A stretch of DNA of 64,000 nt from Isurus oxyrinchus (lineage: Eukaryota), in contig JANJGN010000210.1 of NCBI GenBank assembly GCA_026770705.1, forward strand, positions 682,001-746,000, in the 5' to 3' direction. Numbering within the stretch: position 1 is the first letter of the stretch; the number at the start of each line of letters is the position of its first letter. Both the position numbers and the translations under genes were made by a program. Under the pieces are notes generated by a model that was not told the DNA's origin, searched no databases, and was given only the letters and a program-made list of their open reading frames with translations. Shown piece by piece: positions 11,480 through 25,141 of the stretch.

Positions 11480-14400
11480 AATGTATTTGATGAAATGGGA
11501 TTTTTCCCCATATTATATTCCATTTGCCAGATCTTTGCCCACTCACTTAACCTCCATAAGCCTCCATAAGTCTTCTTTGCCACTTACGTTCTTACCGACA
11601 TCTGAGTCATCAGCAAATTTGGCAACCATCCCTTCAATCGCTTCATCCAAGTCATTCATATAAATTATAAACTGTTGAGGTCCCAGCAATGATCCCTGTG
11701 GCACACCATTCGTTACGTGCTGCCGACATGAAAAAGATCCATTTATGTTTACTCTTTGCTTCCTGTTAGACAGACAATCTTCTATCCATGCCAAAATGTT
11801 ATCCGCTACACCATGAGCTTTCATTTTCTGCGATAACCTTTGATGCGGCACTTTTTCAAATATCTTCTGGAAATCTAAGTACAGCACATCCACCGGTCCC
11901 TCTTGATCCACAGCCCACGTCACTTCCTCAAATAATTCCAATAAATTGGCTAAACACGATTTCCTTTTCACAAAACCATGTTGAATCTGCCTGATGAACT
12001 TGTTTATCCAAGAGCTCTGCTATAACTTCTTTAATAATAGTTTCTGACATTTTCCCGACGACAAATGTTAAGCTATTGGCCTGTGGTACCTCGCTTTCTG
12101 TCTCCCTCCCTTTTTGAATAATGGAGTTACATTTGCTATCTTGCAATTGAGTGGGACTTTCCCAGAATTTTGCGAGTTTGGAAAACTTCAACCAATGCAT
12201 CAATTATCTCACTAGGCACTTCTTTTAATACCCCAGGATGAAGTCCATCAGGATCCGGGCTCCTGTCAGCGCACAGCTCCAAGAATTTACTCAGTACCAC
12301 TTCTCTTGTGACTGTAATGTTCTTGACTACCTTCGCCACTTCCACTTCCTGGTTTATAGGTGCTTCTGCGATGTTACTTTTATCTTCTGTAGTGAAAACT
12401 AATGCAAAACACTAGTTTAATTCATCTGCCTTCTCCGTGATTTCCTTTATCAATTCTCCAGATTCACTTTCTATGGGACCAACGCTCACTTTGTTAACTC
12501 TTCTCTCTTTTAAATATTTATAAAACATGTTTTATACACTTTTTATAATAATTTTAAACACTGCTTTTATATTTCTGGCTCGCTTTCCCTCATACTCTAA
12601 TTTTCTCCTCCTTAGTAATATTTTAGTCATTCCTTGCTGTTTCTTGCATTTTGTCCAATCTTCTGGTCTCCCACCTATCTTGGCACAATTCTATGTTTTT
12701 TTTCTTTGAGTTTGATGCTATATTTAACCTTTCTAGTTAACCATGGATGGTGTGTCCGTCTCCTGGGATTTTTCCTACTCGTTTGAATGTATCTATTCTG
12801 TGCATTCTGAAATGCCCACTTAAATATTAGCCATTGCATCTCTATTGACCTATCGCTTAACCTAATTTGCCAATTCACTTTAGCTAGCTCAGCTTTCACG
12901 ACTTCGTAATTGACCTTATTTTAAGTTTAAAACTTCATCTCAGGTCCACTCCTCTCTCCCTCAACCCGCTTGTACAATTCAATTATATTTTGGTGGCTGC
13001 TACCTAGGGGTATCTTCACTATGAAGTCATTAATTACTCCCATTTTATTACTCATTACCAGTCCTAGTATAGCCTTCTATCGGATTGGCTCCAGAACATG
13101 CTCCTTTAAGAAATAATCCGAAAACATTCAATGTGCTCCTCAGCGAGCCAATCTTTGCCCATTTGACTTTTCCCATCTATATGTAAATTAAAACCTCCCA
13201 TGATTATCGGCGTGCCTTTCTGTCAATCTCCAAATATTTATGTCATTATGGTCAACTCTACCAATTGGTTACTGTTAGGGGTCCTGTGCACAACTCCCAG
13301 AACTTCCTTAGTGCCTTCACCATTTCTCATCTATACCCAAACCGTTTCCACACCCTGGATTCCTGAACTTAAGTCCTCATTATTTATTGTGCTAATACCA
13401 TCATTAATTAACAGAGTGAGCACTCCACCTTTTCCACGCTTCCCGTCCTTCCTAAAAACCATGTACCCTTCAATATTCAGGTCCCAATCTATGTCTTCCT
13501 GCAGCCATGTCTCTATGATGGGTATTAAATCGTAATTATTTATGTCTATGTGCGCTCTCAGTTCATTTGTTTTATTTCGAATGCTACATGCATTCAGATA
13601 CAGAGCTTTTTTGTTTTATCCTTTTATTCTTCCTATAGCCTCTCGCTTCATCTGCTGATTTACTGTGAGATTTGTAGTGTCTATCCCTTCCTATTTTTCA
13701 TTTCCCATAATAATACCTTTCTCCTTTGTCCTGTCTCTGCTCCTTGACTTATCACCTTTTCCCAAATTTGATCCCTTGCTCCCACTATTTAAGTGAAACC
13801 ACTTTATACTTCCCTTGTTATGCGGCTCACAAGAGCACTGGACCCAGTAGTGTAGATCATTCCAATGGTGCAGATACCACTTTCCCCAGTACTGATGACA
13901 GTGCCCCATGAACCGAAACCCACTTATCCCACATCAGTCTGTGAACCGCGCACTCATCTCCCACATATGATTTGTCCTATGCCAATTTGCACGTGACTTA
14001 GGTAATAATCCAGAGTTTATGATCTTTGAGGTTCTGCTTCTTAAATTGGTGTCTACGTCCTCATGCTGACCATGCAGAAACTCCTTCTTTGTCCAGCCTA
14101 TGTCGTTGATACCTACATGGACCACGACGACTGGGCCATCCCCCTCCCGCTGCAAGTCCATCTCCAGGCCTGAGTATATGTCCCGCACCCTCGCACTGGG
14201 CAGGCAACAGAGCCACCTGGATTCACGTACGTTTCTGCAAAAAACGGTGTCAACTCCTCTTACTATACTATCCCATACTACCACTACATTCCTCCCACTT
14301 GAATGGCTTCCTGTACCATGGTGCCATGGCCAGTTAGCTCATCTACCCTTCAGCCCCCACTCTCATCCAAACAAGCTGAAAAATCCTCAAACCTGTTGGA

Positions 14401-14720
14401 CAATTGAAAGGGACGAGGCTCCTGCACTCCTGCCTTATAAGCCTCCTTACTTCCTCACTCACAGTCACACTGTCCTGCCTCTGACCACTGACCAAATCAG
14501 ATGAGCCTGTCCTAAAAGGTGTGTCTGCCTCCTGGTACAAAGAATCCCTCGCTGATGTGCGAGCTCACAAGCTCGAAGCTGATGCTATTCAAATTTCAAA
14601 TACTTATTGCAGACGTGTTTGCCCTGGATCATACTGGCATCAAGGAGCTCCCACATGCTGCAGCTGTGCCACATCTCCTTTCCTGGCATCCTTAATGTGT
14701 TCTAATTAACTATTAAATTA
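11480..14720 (-). mobile_element. CR1 LINE remnant with ORF1 SGNH-esterase and ORF2 RT fragments
   Basis: ORF1 VVWDSIVRGVD..CCLPSARVRD..VVVHVGINDI (13934-14284); RT KSCLANLLELFEE, LYLDFQK, GVPQGSLLGP, AKFADD (11543-11971). Confidence 0.93.
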
Positions 14721-15639
14721 TTTCACACAATTACATAATTTGTTTTTCTTTTTATATATTTGATCAACCTTACCACCAGTTGCTAGACTATTTTGAAATT
14801 TAGGAAATTTAGAAACCTTAGTCACTTGCCACATACTCACCAAAAAACTAGCTTCTTCTCCTGTGGTAGAGTACAACCACCTTCTGAAGGCAGAGATTGG
14901 TCGAAAGCAGAAAGTAAAAGAGCAAAGCTTTCCCTTCTTCCCCTAACTCCCTCAATTACCCAACTCCCAGCACCCTATTCTACATTGCAATTCTTGCAGT
15001 ACAGCACCTACAACAGTTGAATTCTCACTTAAACCAAATACTCACATAAACTCACTCAGCCTCTGTCTCACTCAGGCCGAAATCTCCACTCATTGATTTC
15101 TGAAGTTACTATGGCGGCATTTTGTTAAGAACAAGCAAGTGTAAGTAACTGGGTTGTTCTTTCAGAGGCCCAGAGGCCCATTCAAGTGGGAGGAATGTAG
15201 TGGTAGTATGGGATAGTATAGTCAGAGGAGTTGACACCGTTTTTTGCAGAAACGTACATGAATCCAGGTGGCTCTGTTGCCTGCCCAGTGCTAGGGTACA
15301 TGAGACATTTTGTTAAGAACAAGTAACTGTAAGTAGCTGAGTTGTTTTCTCAGAGGCCCAGAATACATGCTGCGTCCATTAGGTCTGCACCTTTGCTTTA
15401 TGGTTATAAACAGTGCTATTCGCAACTACAGGCCACACGACCAGTTTTTCTCGGTGGATAAAGAGCTTTTTGAGAAATGGTGCAACAAATGTATGCAGCG
15501 GGCGATTCTTTATTGCTTCCTTATCACTGAAAACCACCCATTTCCTCATCGTTGCTTGGGATGAAGGTCTTATCTTATTTAGAAGTCTTGAATAGTTTGG
15601 GTCAATGTCCAGTTGATTTTAGAAGATTGATAAGTAATT

Positions 15640-16060
15640 TAGACATGCATGATCCTGAGGTGGAGGGGGATGGGGCGGCAGTTGCGTCTTGACAGGATAG
15701 ATACAGGGGGGGATATTTCCACTTGTGGGAGTGACCAGAATTAGGTAACAGAGTTTAAGAATAACAGTGCTACATTTAAGACGGAAATGAAGAGATTTGT
15801 TTTTCTCTCAGTTGTTCCTTCGTTTGTAGAATTCTTTTCCCCAGGAAGCAGTGGAGGCTGGTCAATAAATTTATTCAAGGGTGAATTATGTTGCGCTAAT
15901 ACTAGCTAGATTTTTTTGTAGACAAGGGACTCAAGGGGCAGACGGAAAAGTGAAGTTGAGACCACAAGCAGATCAGCCATGAACGTATCGAATGGTGCAT
16001 CAGGCTCTAAGGGCTGAATGGCCTACTTCTGCTCCATGGTCTCATGGTCGTATTTTTATA
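15640..16060 (+). mobile_element. CR1 3'-end fragment
   Basis: GATCAGCCATGA..GGGCTGAATGGCCTACTTCTGCTCC tail, shared with other CR1 copies in the window. Confidence 0.7.
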
Positions 16061-16520
16061 TGTTTCACGAGAGAATGTGGATGGTTGTGAGAGGTTTGAA
16101 ACACAGAATGACAATGTCGTGATCTGGTGTATTATAAACAGCGACATGGGATGGCCGTGTGTGACAGGAACTAAACAATTGTCTGGTAAAACATGAACCG
16201 CGCCAAAATATGTTCTGACATGATCGCCGAACATGATCAAATCTCATGAAATGTGATGCGATTTAATGTAATATGGACAAGATCCAATAAATTAATAACA
16301 GAGACAGGGTCTAATCTAACATAAACGTGGACATTTTCCCCTTCAGAGAGAACTGAGACAGGGACTTGTATTACGTAACAGGTCCAAACTCAAATACAAT
16401 AATAATTGAAAACGGATTTTGTGTGACGTCAACAAAATCATTGCCTTGTTCAGTATGAAAAATGTAAAGATCTAGTGTGGCATTGCTAGGAACATGCATT
16501 TGCATATATTCAGAATGATG
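16060..16520 (-). repeat. Degenerate ~27-bp tandem repeat, reverse orientation
   Basis: GAGACAGGGTCTAAT / GAGACAGGGACTTGT motifs are the reverse complement of the 6020-6845 unit. Confidence 0.5.
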
Positions 16521-17698
16521 TGTTATGTGCTTTGCATGCACATGTGCTCCACAAACGAAATACGCAAACATGCACAGTACAGCATAGTACATGGTTTACA
16601 TACATACACACACGCACATGTAATTGGTAGGGCATAACACCACCCTGAATTAGTAAACTTTCACATTACACTTTTTGCCCTTAAATGTGCAACGTACGGT
16701 GCTGACAATTAGTACCACCCTTCAATCCTGCTTCCCCCTCGGAGTTACAAGGTTCATCCGAACTTTTCAACGAAATATTACGTCCTCAGGGTCTCAGGAA
16801 GCTTTAAGTCTGAACTTGTTTTCAAGCATAGTCGATATTGTAATGCAGGAAATATTAGTTCCACAGAGGGAAGCGGCAATGTGAAATTATTTGCCAGAAA
16901 GATTTGTCAATCTGAGTTTAATGGGAATAAAGGAATGGCGGGATTCAGGCACTTCTGCAAAATTTCAATTTGTGGCCAATAATAACAATGTCATTAAGTT
17001 ACAAAATTATCAGCATATCCCAGTATCTCTTTATGAAACATTGACGAACCAATTTGGATGAAAGAAAAATGCCCCTCCTTTTCTTCGGGCTATCAGGTAG
17101 CATTGGACCATGAAATACAATGATTCCCAGAGCTCATGTTTAATATTCCTTTGCCACAACACCTACATATTATGTACAAGCACTTGCGCTCAATGTACCA
17201 TTGCATGGAGTGAAGGGTCACGGAACATAGATATTTCCTGTAATCCCCATCTGTGAGCCGTGACACCGGTAAACTTATTCTGCAAGCTTTCGCCAAAGCT
17301 GAAGTGCTGGAGCGCCATCCAGTGGAACTTTGTATAAACGCAAAGCCTCTTAATTTCTACCCGAATATTGCTGCATGATTTTGCTGAATTATTATTACGT
17401 CAGATTATTATGTGTTGCTACTTTGATTTTATTTTTACTTTAACTGCTCTCTTTAGTGTTTTCCATTTGTTACAGTTGCTTTTTTGCATCAACTGTGAGA
17501 TTATTTCCGTTCTCGAGTGTGCTCAATACATTACTGCATGTTCATGGGCTTCACGTTAATAATTCCACCATTGATGAGGTTGGATGGAAATTTCGTAAAA
17601 ATGGAATCTTCCCACTCCCCTAATAATTAAAGGCGGCACAGATCCAAATTGGATAGGTCCATGAATCAAGGGTGATGATTATTTCGCCATTTATTTGT

Positions 17699-17810
17699 TT
17701 GTGTGTGTGTGTACGTTAGCGTGTGTGCATCTGAGTGTGTGTCTGTTTGTTTGTGTGCATCTGAGTGTGTGTGTGTGTGTGTGGGTGGGTGTGTGCGGGT
17801 GTGTGTGTAT
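17699..17810. repeat. (TG)n-rich microsatellite
   Basis: Direct reading. Confidence 0.9.
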
Positions 17811-18322
17811 GAATGCTACTCACCAGCCAAGCGTGTCAATCAGGGGCATCACAGTTTACTAAGCGAGAAATGCTTCCTCTACACTACCCTGTCAAACACT
17901 GTCAGGACAGGTACGGCACATTTATGACACAAAATAAATCTCCTTCTACACTTCCACTCCTAACCAGAGTCAATGCAGCACGGGTTGCATACGGAATGAA
18001 AGCTCCAAACAATTCCAGGCATATAGAACAGGGATGATCTGCAGGGTGAATCTCCATCCACATTGTATCATTAAAGGCTCCTCGTATAGCTACAGCAGAA
18101 TGAATGCAGAGAAATTCTGGTTCGATGAGCGCCGACTTTGCTAGAAATTGTGAAAGGAATGAACTTGTAACTTCTAAGTAAACATAATTAATATTTTTTT
18201 CTATCAGATTACAGAGATGGTGTAATTTACACATCTAAATTAGATTTCTAAAGATTTAAACGTGTGTGTCTCTCATTTATGAGCCCTGTGACTTGTTGCC
18301 TCCTCAGTCCCCATGCCTAGTA

Positions 18323-18602
18323 AGTTCTCACATAGACTCCTGATCTCTTAGTTTCACGGTGTCGCAATGCATTGTAACAGACCGCAGGCCTAACGGCTGA
18401 AGTATGTTAACAGTGAGAGTGGTGGTGCCTTTCTCGTGGTCCACAGAAACTTTGAAGCTTCCCTCAACTCTTCTATCTATACATGTGAAGACAGGATACT
18501 CGAGAACTTGATTGGAGATCTGCCAATGCCAGAATACGAGTTCTGGTCCGGAAGTTCTCCGATATATCGATATCTGAAATGTCTCTGAGTGAAAAGGAGC
18601 AG
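18323..18602 (-). pseudogene. TCR V (alpha/delta-type) pseudogene with 23-RSS
   Basis: Reads ELVFWHWQISNQVLEY...GSFKVSVDHEKGTTTLTVNILQP(frameshift)PAVCYNALR, then CACCGTG-23nt-GTGAGAACT. The acceptor TGGCAG immediately precedes the exon start at 18602. Confidence 0.7.
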
Positions 18603-19009
18603 CTGCCACAATAATAATAAAATTATCTTAATGATATATGGGAGCAGAATTAAATAAAGTGCTTCCAAATATCAGCTATATAAACTGATCTATCTATCGA
18701 TTCATCTATCAGTCTATCCGCCCGCCTTTCTGTCTGTATGACTTCTTGTTTATCTGTTTATTCTCTCCTCTCTGTCTAGATATCTGAGAGCCAGAGTTAG
18801 TTTTCCATCCATCTCTGTTTTCTATAGAATTTTACTGAATATGTTTCTCTACCCTGTATCTGTAATGGCAGCTATAGGATGTTGTAACTTTCTCCAGACG
18901 GAAGTTTAAACATGGGAAAGTAACATTTCTGAATATCACCAGCATTTCCAACGGTCCTGTGTTAGGGAAAGGCTAATGGTGCAACGGACACGGCAGTGAA
19001 CAAGACATT

Positions 19010-19305
19010 GTACGGCCAAATCCGCCGTTGTCTCAATTCGTCCCTATCGCACAGTGCTAAACTCTGACGCCCTGGGCCGCTGTCCCATCTGTAGACTATT
19101 GGAATTATTCACTCTGTCAAAGGGCAGTGTGCAGCGTCTTTAGTCGCATTCCCCTGGTAAATGGAGGCGGTAAATGTCGGAGTCCCTGTCAGTGTTTATA
19201 CCAGGCTACGGAATTGCCAAAAACAACCGAGCGCCGACAGTCCGCTTCAACCTGTTCCCCTTCGCAAGACACGACCTGCTCAGGGTGGGAGCTCTGACCC
19301 TCGCA
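19010..19305 (-). pseudogene. Highly decayed TCR V pseudogene
   Basis: Follows a polypyrimidine-CAG acceptor and reads HPEQVVSCEGEQVEADCRRSVVFGNSVAWYKH*...FDRVNNSNSLQM...V*HCAIG. The RSS is degenerate (…CCGT-ACAATGTCT). Confidence 0.6.
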
Positions 19306-21359
19306 CTGAAAGGATGTGAACAAAAGAAAAATCACTCACAAAACATATGGTATTATAACATTAGAAAAAAAAGCGTCTGATTAGATAAATAAACTGATAT
19401 AATATCAATAGCAACAGGGCTCCAATTGGAAACAGGTCTTTGCGGGGGTTTGTGTTCATGAAGATGAGGATGGACAAAAAGCAAATCAATCAGGGTCTGA
19501 TTTTCAGGCTGAGACTTGCTGCCGACCCCAGGACTTTCAACGGTGGGAAGGAAGAGGGGAGAGGTTTATATTCTCCTCGTGCAGTTGGAGACGGATGGGC
19601 GACATTCTCACCGGTTGGTCTGTTATAGGATGTTGTTACCTGACGTAATTCACGGTGCCACTGAGCGATTAGTGGCTTCTCAAACCAAACCACTTGAACT
19701 GTCACTGATCACGAATTTCTTTGCTTCTGGTGTATCAACGGGTTAAATTGTTTCATCAGGCTTGTTCTCTGTTGACTTTATAACTATGAAGAACCATTCA
19801 CCATCTTAGTATCGGAGTGTTTTACAGCACAAAGAGAGGCAATTAGGCCTACTATGTGCTAACTCTCTTAAAGAGTTATCCATTTATTCTTAATTACCTG
19901 TCTGGGGACTGCATATTTGTCTTTTTAAATTTCCTTTGACTATTCAAATATTTATCCACTTGTCTTTCAAAATTACTGATAGATGCTGTCTCCATCAAGG
20001 TTTTTCATGGGCCATCATATCTTCTAACAGTGCCCTGCTCAAAATACATAAATATTCTACCCTTTCCCTCTCCTTTACAATAACGATAAATGACGCCATC
20101 CAGTTACTCACTGAGCATCTAGTCGGATTCACTTCGTTTCTTATTAACCTTTTAAAACCTTCCTTGCTTGGGCACAGTCTGTCAGACTGCTTCTTAATAT
20201 TCCCTCCCCTGGTGAAAAGTTGCTCATGTATTTGGATTAACGTCTCTCACACTGCTACCCCCCCACCCGCACAATCACACCCCCCCCCCCGACGCCCCCC
20301 AACATCCCCCTCACCACCACCCCCCCCTCACCCCCCCCCCCCCCCCCCTTCCCCCCTCCTTGCGCTACCCCTGCTTCACTTTCTCAGACTGGTCCCAACT
20401 CTGACTAAGACGTTAACAGAAAACGAAAGAAGAGCCCTAAAACTGGTCCCACGTGTACCAAAGGCAAAAATTGCTGGAAAATCTCTGGTCAGATAGCATC
20501 TGTGGAGAGGAAGTTAAGTGTTTGAACTGTGTTCTCAACAAATAACGTGCAGTTTTGCGCTTGTCTCTAAGTGCTATACAATCCACATGTCTGTTTATAA
20601 TTTTGGATTATTTAGTTATTTTAGGCAATCAGCAGCTTTTTCCCCACTTTCAACACGAGTCCTGAATTCTTTCTCACCTTATCTCGTTTAAATTAATATT
20701 TACTTCTTTCTTCCTTCCCCCTACTTAACATTTCTTTTTCTATGAAACAAACAGACACGGAAATATTTAGTGGCACTTCGGACCATTTGCTCTTTTATTT
20801 TATTCATTGGATGTGGAGGTCGCTGGTTAGGCCAGCAGTTATTGCCCATCCCTAATTGCCCCTTGTTCAGAGGGCATTTAAGAGTCAACCACATTGCTGT
20901 GGGCCTTGAGTCACATGAAGGATCGCGTGCCCTAAATGAACCAGAGGGGTTTTTAATTCCTGACTAAAACCTGACTTTTATTGAATTCAAATTGCACCAA
21001 CGGCCACTGCGGGATAAGAACCCGGGTCCCAAAGCATTATCCTGGGTTTCTGGATTACTAGTCCAGCAACTATAACGCTACCTCTCCCCATCATGGCCCA
21101 TTTGAGCAGGGAATTCCGTAGAGAAGGGAACAACGCCTATGGAATGGTTAGCATTAACGTAATAAGGACACAAGTCAGATGAAGTTCTGAATGAAACGTA
21201 GAAAGCTGTAAACTCTTTTCAGTCAGGCAAATAAACTAAATTAACAAAATTGGGGACAGTTTTTTTAAAAAGCAGCCCCTTAAAGTGAAGCTGCAAAAAG
21301 AAAGACAAAATTTAAAGGAAATTTGCAAACATTAAGCCTAAATGTGATTAAGAGGTTCA

Positions 21360-23425
21360 ATTAAACACCCCAGTCACTACAGTGCCCACCGAGTATGGAA
21401 AGCGTCAGCAGTGCCGGCAGGCACTGCGTGCTCCCTCTCCAGGGACGCCTGGCACAAATACAGTGAAGGAAAACAGGCAAACAGTCGGGTTGGACGACCC
21501 CCTCGATCGGCCTCTGCCTGGACTGTGAATGGCCAACTTGGCTAGGCACAGGAGCAGGTTCATGAGGAGGTCCTCCTCCCTCCCGTCCCCTCCCCAGCTG
21601 GAAGCCTATAGATCAGGATCGTGGGACAGATGTACAAATAAAGCAGAAGCAAAAGGTTTTCAAGTAACTAAAAATGGGGTGCATTGTACAACAGCTCAAA
21701 TAGGCATCCACAGATTCCAAAAGGCCTCAAAAAGCAGAGGCATCTTGGGAGTCTGTGAACTGACACATCCTACGGTTGTGTGGGACTACTGCATATAACA
21801 CCATCCACCCCAGGTCTCGATGGAAAATGGAAGGATATCCCTGTAGAGGGCCTCCCACTGGGGGCCTTCGCCACTGGCTGGTAACAGGCAGCGGGCGAGG
21901 GCAAGGAACTAAATGGTGTGCAGCAAAAGCCGATGCAGGAAGCCCCACCATGCCGTGCTAAAGGTCACGGGGGTCATTTTTGCAAGGAGAGTCAACTTGT
22001 GGGGCATGGGCTCCAGGAGGAGAGTTCGAGGCTTGGGGCCAATGTGGAATTTGGTCCGAATAGGGGTACGCTGAGACGGAGGAGAACAGCGCACCTGCGC
22101 CGCCTGAAGACCCAGGAAAATGTCATGGCAGAGCATGGCCGTGCAAAGTTTTTGGGTGGCATTGGCCACGAGCCGGACGTCCACCAATGCACGCTGTATC
22201 AAATACTTGGGAATCATCTAGCCCACTCATCCACCACCCAACACGTCCCCAATCCTGGTCACCCTAGCATCCACAGCCCTCCTCTCCATCAGCCACTGAA
22301 AAGGGCGGAAGTACGGCTTCCTGAGCAGCGGACCTCTGACGATGGCCGCTACTCCTGACAGTGGAGAGCTGCATCGCAAGGCAACCATGTGCCAGGCATT
22401 GATCAGGTCCTGGTAAAAGGTGGGCGATGCCTGCAAGGAGCCACGAAGGCCCCTCCGGTCTACAAACAGGAGCTGCACGTCATAACTCAGGTCGTGCACC
22501 TACTGGAGGAAATACATCGCCAGGGCACACTGTTTGGGAGGGGACTTGACGTAAAGGTGTCACTGCAGGAAGCCTGACCGCCCTTCCTAAGTGGGAGACT
22601 CAGAAACTCAGCAGCTACCTAGTGCAGCAATTTGTTCCAGAAGAAGTCGACGAGAATTCTCTGCAGTTTTGTGACAAAATCAGGGAGAGGGGTCAAAGTG
22701 ACCAGCCAGCACGACAACATGGCGGCAAGCAGCTGGTTTATGACCAAAACTCGACCCCAGTAAGACAGCACTCGGAGCAGTCCTGTCCAGCGCCCCAGGC
22801 GAGTAGTGACTTTGGCCTCCAGCCCCTGGCAGTTCGCCAGCCACAATTCCTTAGCAGGGTAGAGGTGGACCCCAGGTCGAGGAGGCTGGCCCTGCTCCAG
22901 GTGAAAGGCCTGAGCTCCTCGGGTAGGACATCTATCTGCCACTGACCGACCAGGAGACCGGAACTGTTTCCCCAGTTGATCCTGGCAGAGGACACGGCAG
23001 AAAAGACCTCCTGGCACTCGCCCATCCTCCACAGGTCAGCCATGTTGGTAAAAATGAGGACACGTCAATGGTGTAAGCCTAGAGGACCGCCCCGAAGCCT
23101 GGTTCATGCAGGACTAATCCCGACAACCTCCTCCACAAGAGGCGCAAGAAAGGCTCCAGCGGACAGAATACAATTGGCCAGACAATGACGCACTGCTCTC
23201 CCAAAGCGAAGTGGTGCCTTCAGGGACCCGTTAATCTTAACTAAGCACTCTGCGGCAGCGCACAGAAGTCGGATCCGAGCGAAGAAATGCATCCCGAACA
23301 CGAATGCTCGCATAGTCCCGAATAAATAATCGTGATGCACACTGTCTAACATCTCCTGGTCAAGAGACAGAAAGGCACTCGACAGACCAGTCCTCGGGGG
23401 AAAGCGGATGATGTCCCAGACCAGA
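21360..23425 (-). mobile_element. Tx1/L1-clade non-LTR retrotransposon remnant (RT and C-terminal region)
   Basis: Fragments SLDQEMLDSVHHDYLF..., LRVLSYWGRVLVINQL, FVTKLQRILVDFFW, PTFYQDLINAW. Confidence 0.8.
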
Positions 23426-24599
23426 AAGCTGGTCCACGTGTTTGAGCTGTGTTCTCAACAATGACATGTGCAGCTTTATCCTTGTCTCTAAGTGCTGTAC
23501 AATCCACATGACTGTTTAGATTTTTTTAAGTTTATTTAAGGCAATCAGCAGCTTGTTCCTCACCTTCAGCATCTGAATCCTGAATTTGCTCTCCGCCTTT
23601 CTCGTTTAAGTTAATACTTGCTTCTTTGTTACTTTTACATTTCGTCTACGGTGCATTTTGTTTTGCATGAGGCAAACAGGCACGGAAACGTTTGGTGGCA
23701 CTTTAGACCATTAACTCGTATTTTTATTCATTCATAGGATGTGGGCGTCGCTGACTAGGCTAGTATTTATTGCTTATCCTTAATTGCCCCTTTTCAAACG
23801 GCATTTATGTTTCGATCACGTTGCTGTGTGTCTGCAGTCACATGTAGGCCAGACCGGTAAAGGACGGCAGATTTCCTTCCCTAAGAGACATTTTTTTCTT
23901 CTGACGCTTACTAATTGTCCTTTTTGTCCTCTGCCTATATACCCAACGGGGCAGACACGCCACCTACTGATGCATTCGGGTATATTTGATTTTTTGAATC
24001 TGTCAAACTGAGTTTCACTTCCTGAAATGTTCTATTTTTCAATTTATTTCACTTGTGGAGTGGCTATTTGCTTCGTGGAGCAATGAGCTGAACATGGTGA
24101 TAAATATTGTAGATATTGCATTTTGTTTATTTGAATTGCAGTGAGCGTAAATGATAAAAAAGTGATGTTTAATTGACAACCAAAAATATACATTCTCGGA
24201 ATTTGGCTGTCAATGGTAATTCTGGTCCTTATTGTCCATCTGTAAGTGAATCTTGCAACATCTGTTCCTCCCGTGTTGACACTTTAACAATGTTGCCCAT
24301 CATGTTTGGTGGGTCCAACTGAAATCATGTTCTATGTGGGCAGAGAATTCAGTCGAGAACTGAACAACACCAGTGGGATCCTTCTCATCGATCCAACAAG
24401 GGCACAAGTCAGAGGAAGCCCTGAAGGAAACGTAGAAAGTTGCAGTCAGACCATACTCCATGAGCACCGTCTTTAGTTCTCGCCACCAAGTAAGACTGAG
24501 GTCACTGAAACTTGGCGGGAATGCAGGGGTGATTCCTGATTCTTCAGATGGAACTGTTTGAGTTGAGAGGAAAAACGAAAACTATGTTTTCGGACTGTT

Positions 24600-24890
24600 A
24601 CCAGCTGATTGTTGGTCGCACAGAAAGTGAACAGTTGAACAGGTCTTCACTCTAACTTACAGAGTCCAAATCCAGGGAATTTCCTGCGTAATAACTAGGG
24701 GGATTGTAGGGGCGTTAGGATGCCTGGAAGGACAAACTAAGATGGGACAAACTGCTTCGTCATCCGTCAGTACCTTATGACTCTGAAATTGGTGTTCGGC
24801 ATCGAAAACAGGAAAATGACGAATGAGTCTCTGGTGATGATGTGAGCTAAACTGCGCTTCCACGGTTTCTGCAACTGGACTAATGTAAAA
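24600..24890 (-). pseudogene. Possible highly decayed V-set segment
   Basis: Mosaic of frames giving SMPNTNFRVIRY*R ... NSLDLDSVS*SED ... FCATNN. It lies just downstream of a CRE/CTCF cluster. No convincing RSS. Confidence 0.35.
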
Positions 24891-25015
24891 CGAAACGACA
24901 ACTATTGTGGTGTGATCTACTGTGGCTATCTGTCTGTGTACCCTTGCGTGCAAATATATGTTTATCTGTCTGCATCTGTTCCGATTTCCAATGTTGTAGG
25001 TGAGGCTTGTGCTCT

Positions 25016-25029
25016 CCAGCAGAGGGCGC
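25016..25029 (+). promoter_or_regulatory. CTCF consensus site
   Basis: CCAGCAGAGGGCGC matches the CTCF core and overlaps the perfect 16-bp palindrome CAGAGGGCGCCCTCTG (25020-25035). Confidence 0.6.
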
Positions 25030-25141
25030 CCTCTGATCTCTGGAACTCGGACTTGCGATCACAAAGTGAAGCTGCGAGGGAGCATGGACATTGATTGGGC
25101 ATGGGGGAGGGGAATGCGCATGCTTCAGAGCATTTGCCTTG

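Noticed and set aside
19125-19160. Resemblance to the 3' end of U1 snRNA
   Set aside because: Only a few bases match, and the region is better explained as a minus-strand V pseudogene.
19625-19700. Possible J segment or leader ending in CAG|GTAAC on the minus strand
   Set aside because: No F/WGxG motif, no RSS and no convincing signal peptide.
19936-20496. 186-aa proline-rich ORF
   Set aside because: Driven by a C-rich low-complexity tract (20255-20360) within repeat-derived DNA; no domain or splice support.
21918-22358. 146-aa plus-strand ORF
   Set aside because: Antisense shadow of the GC-rich Tx1-like LINE.
24290-24553. Open minus-strand frame after a polypyrimidine-CAG acceptor (VPSEESGITPAF...)
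   Set aside because: No recognisable domain or donor; cannot be supported as an exon.
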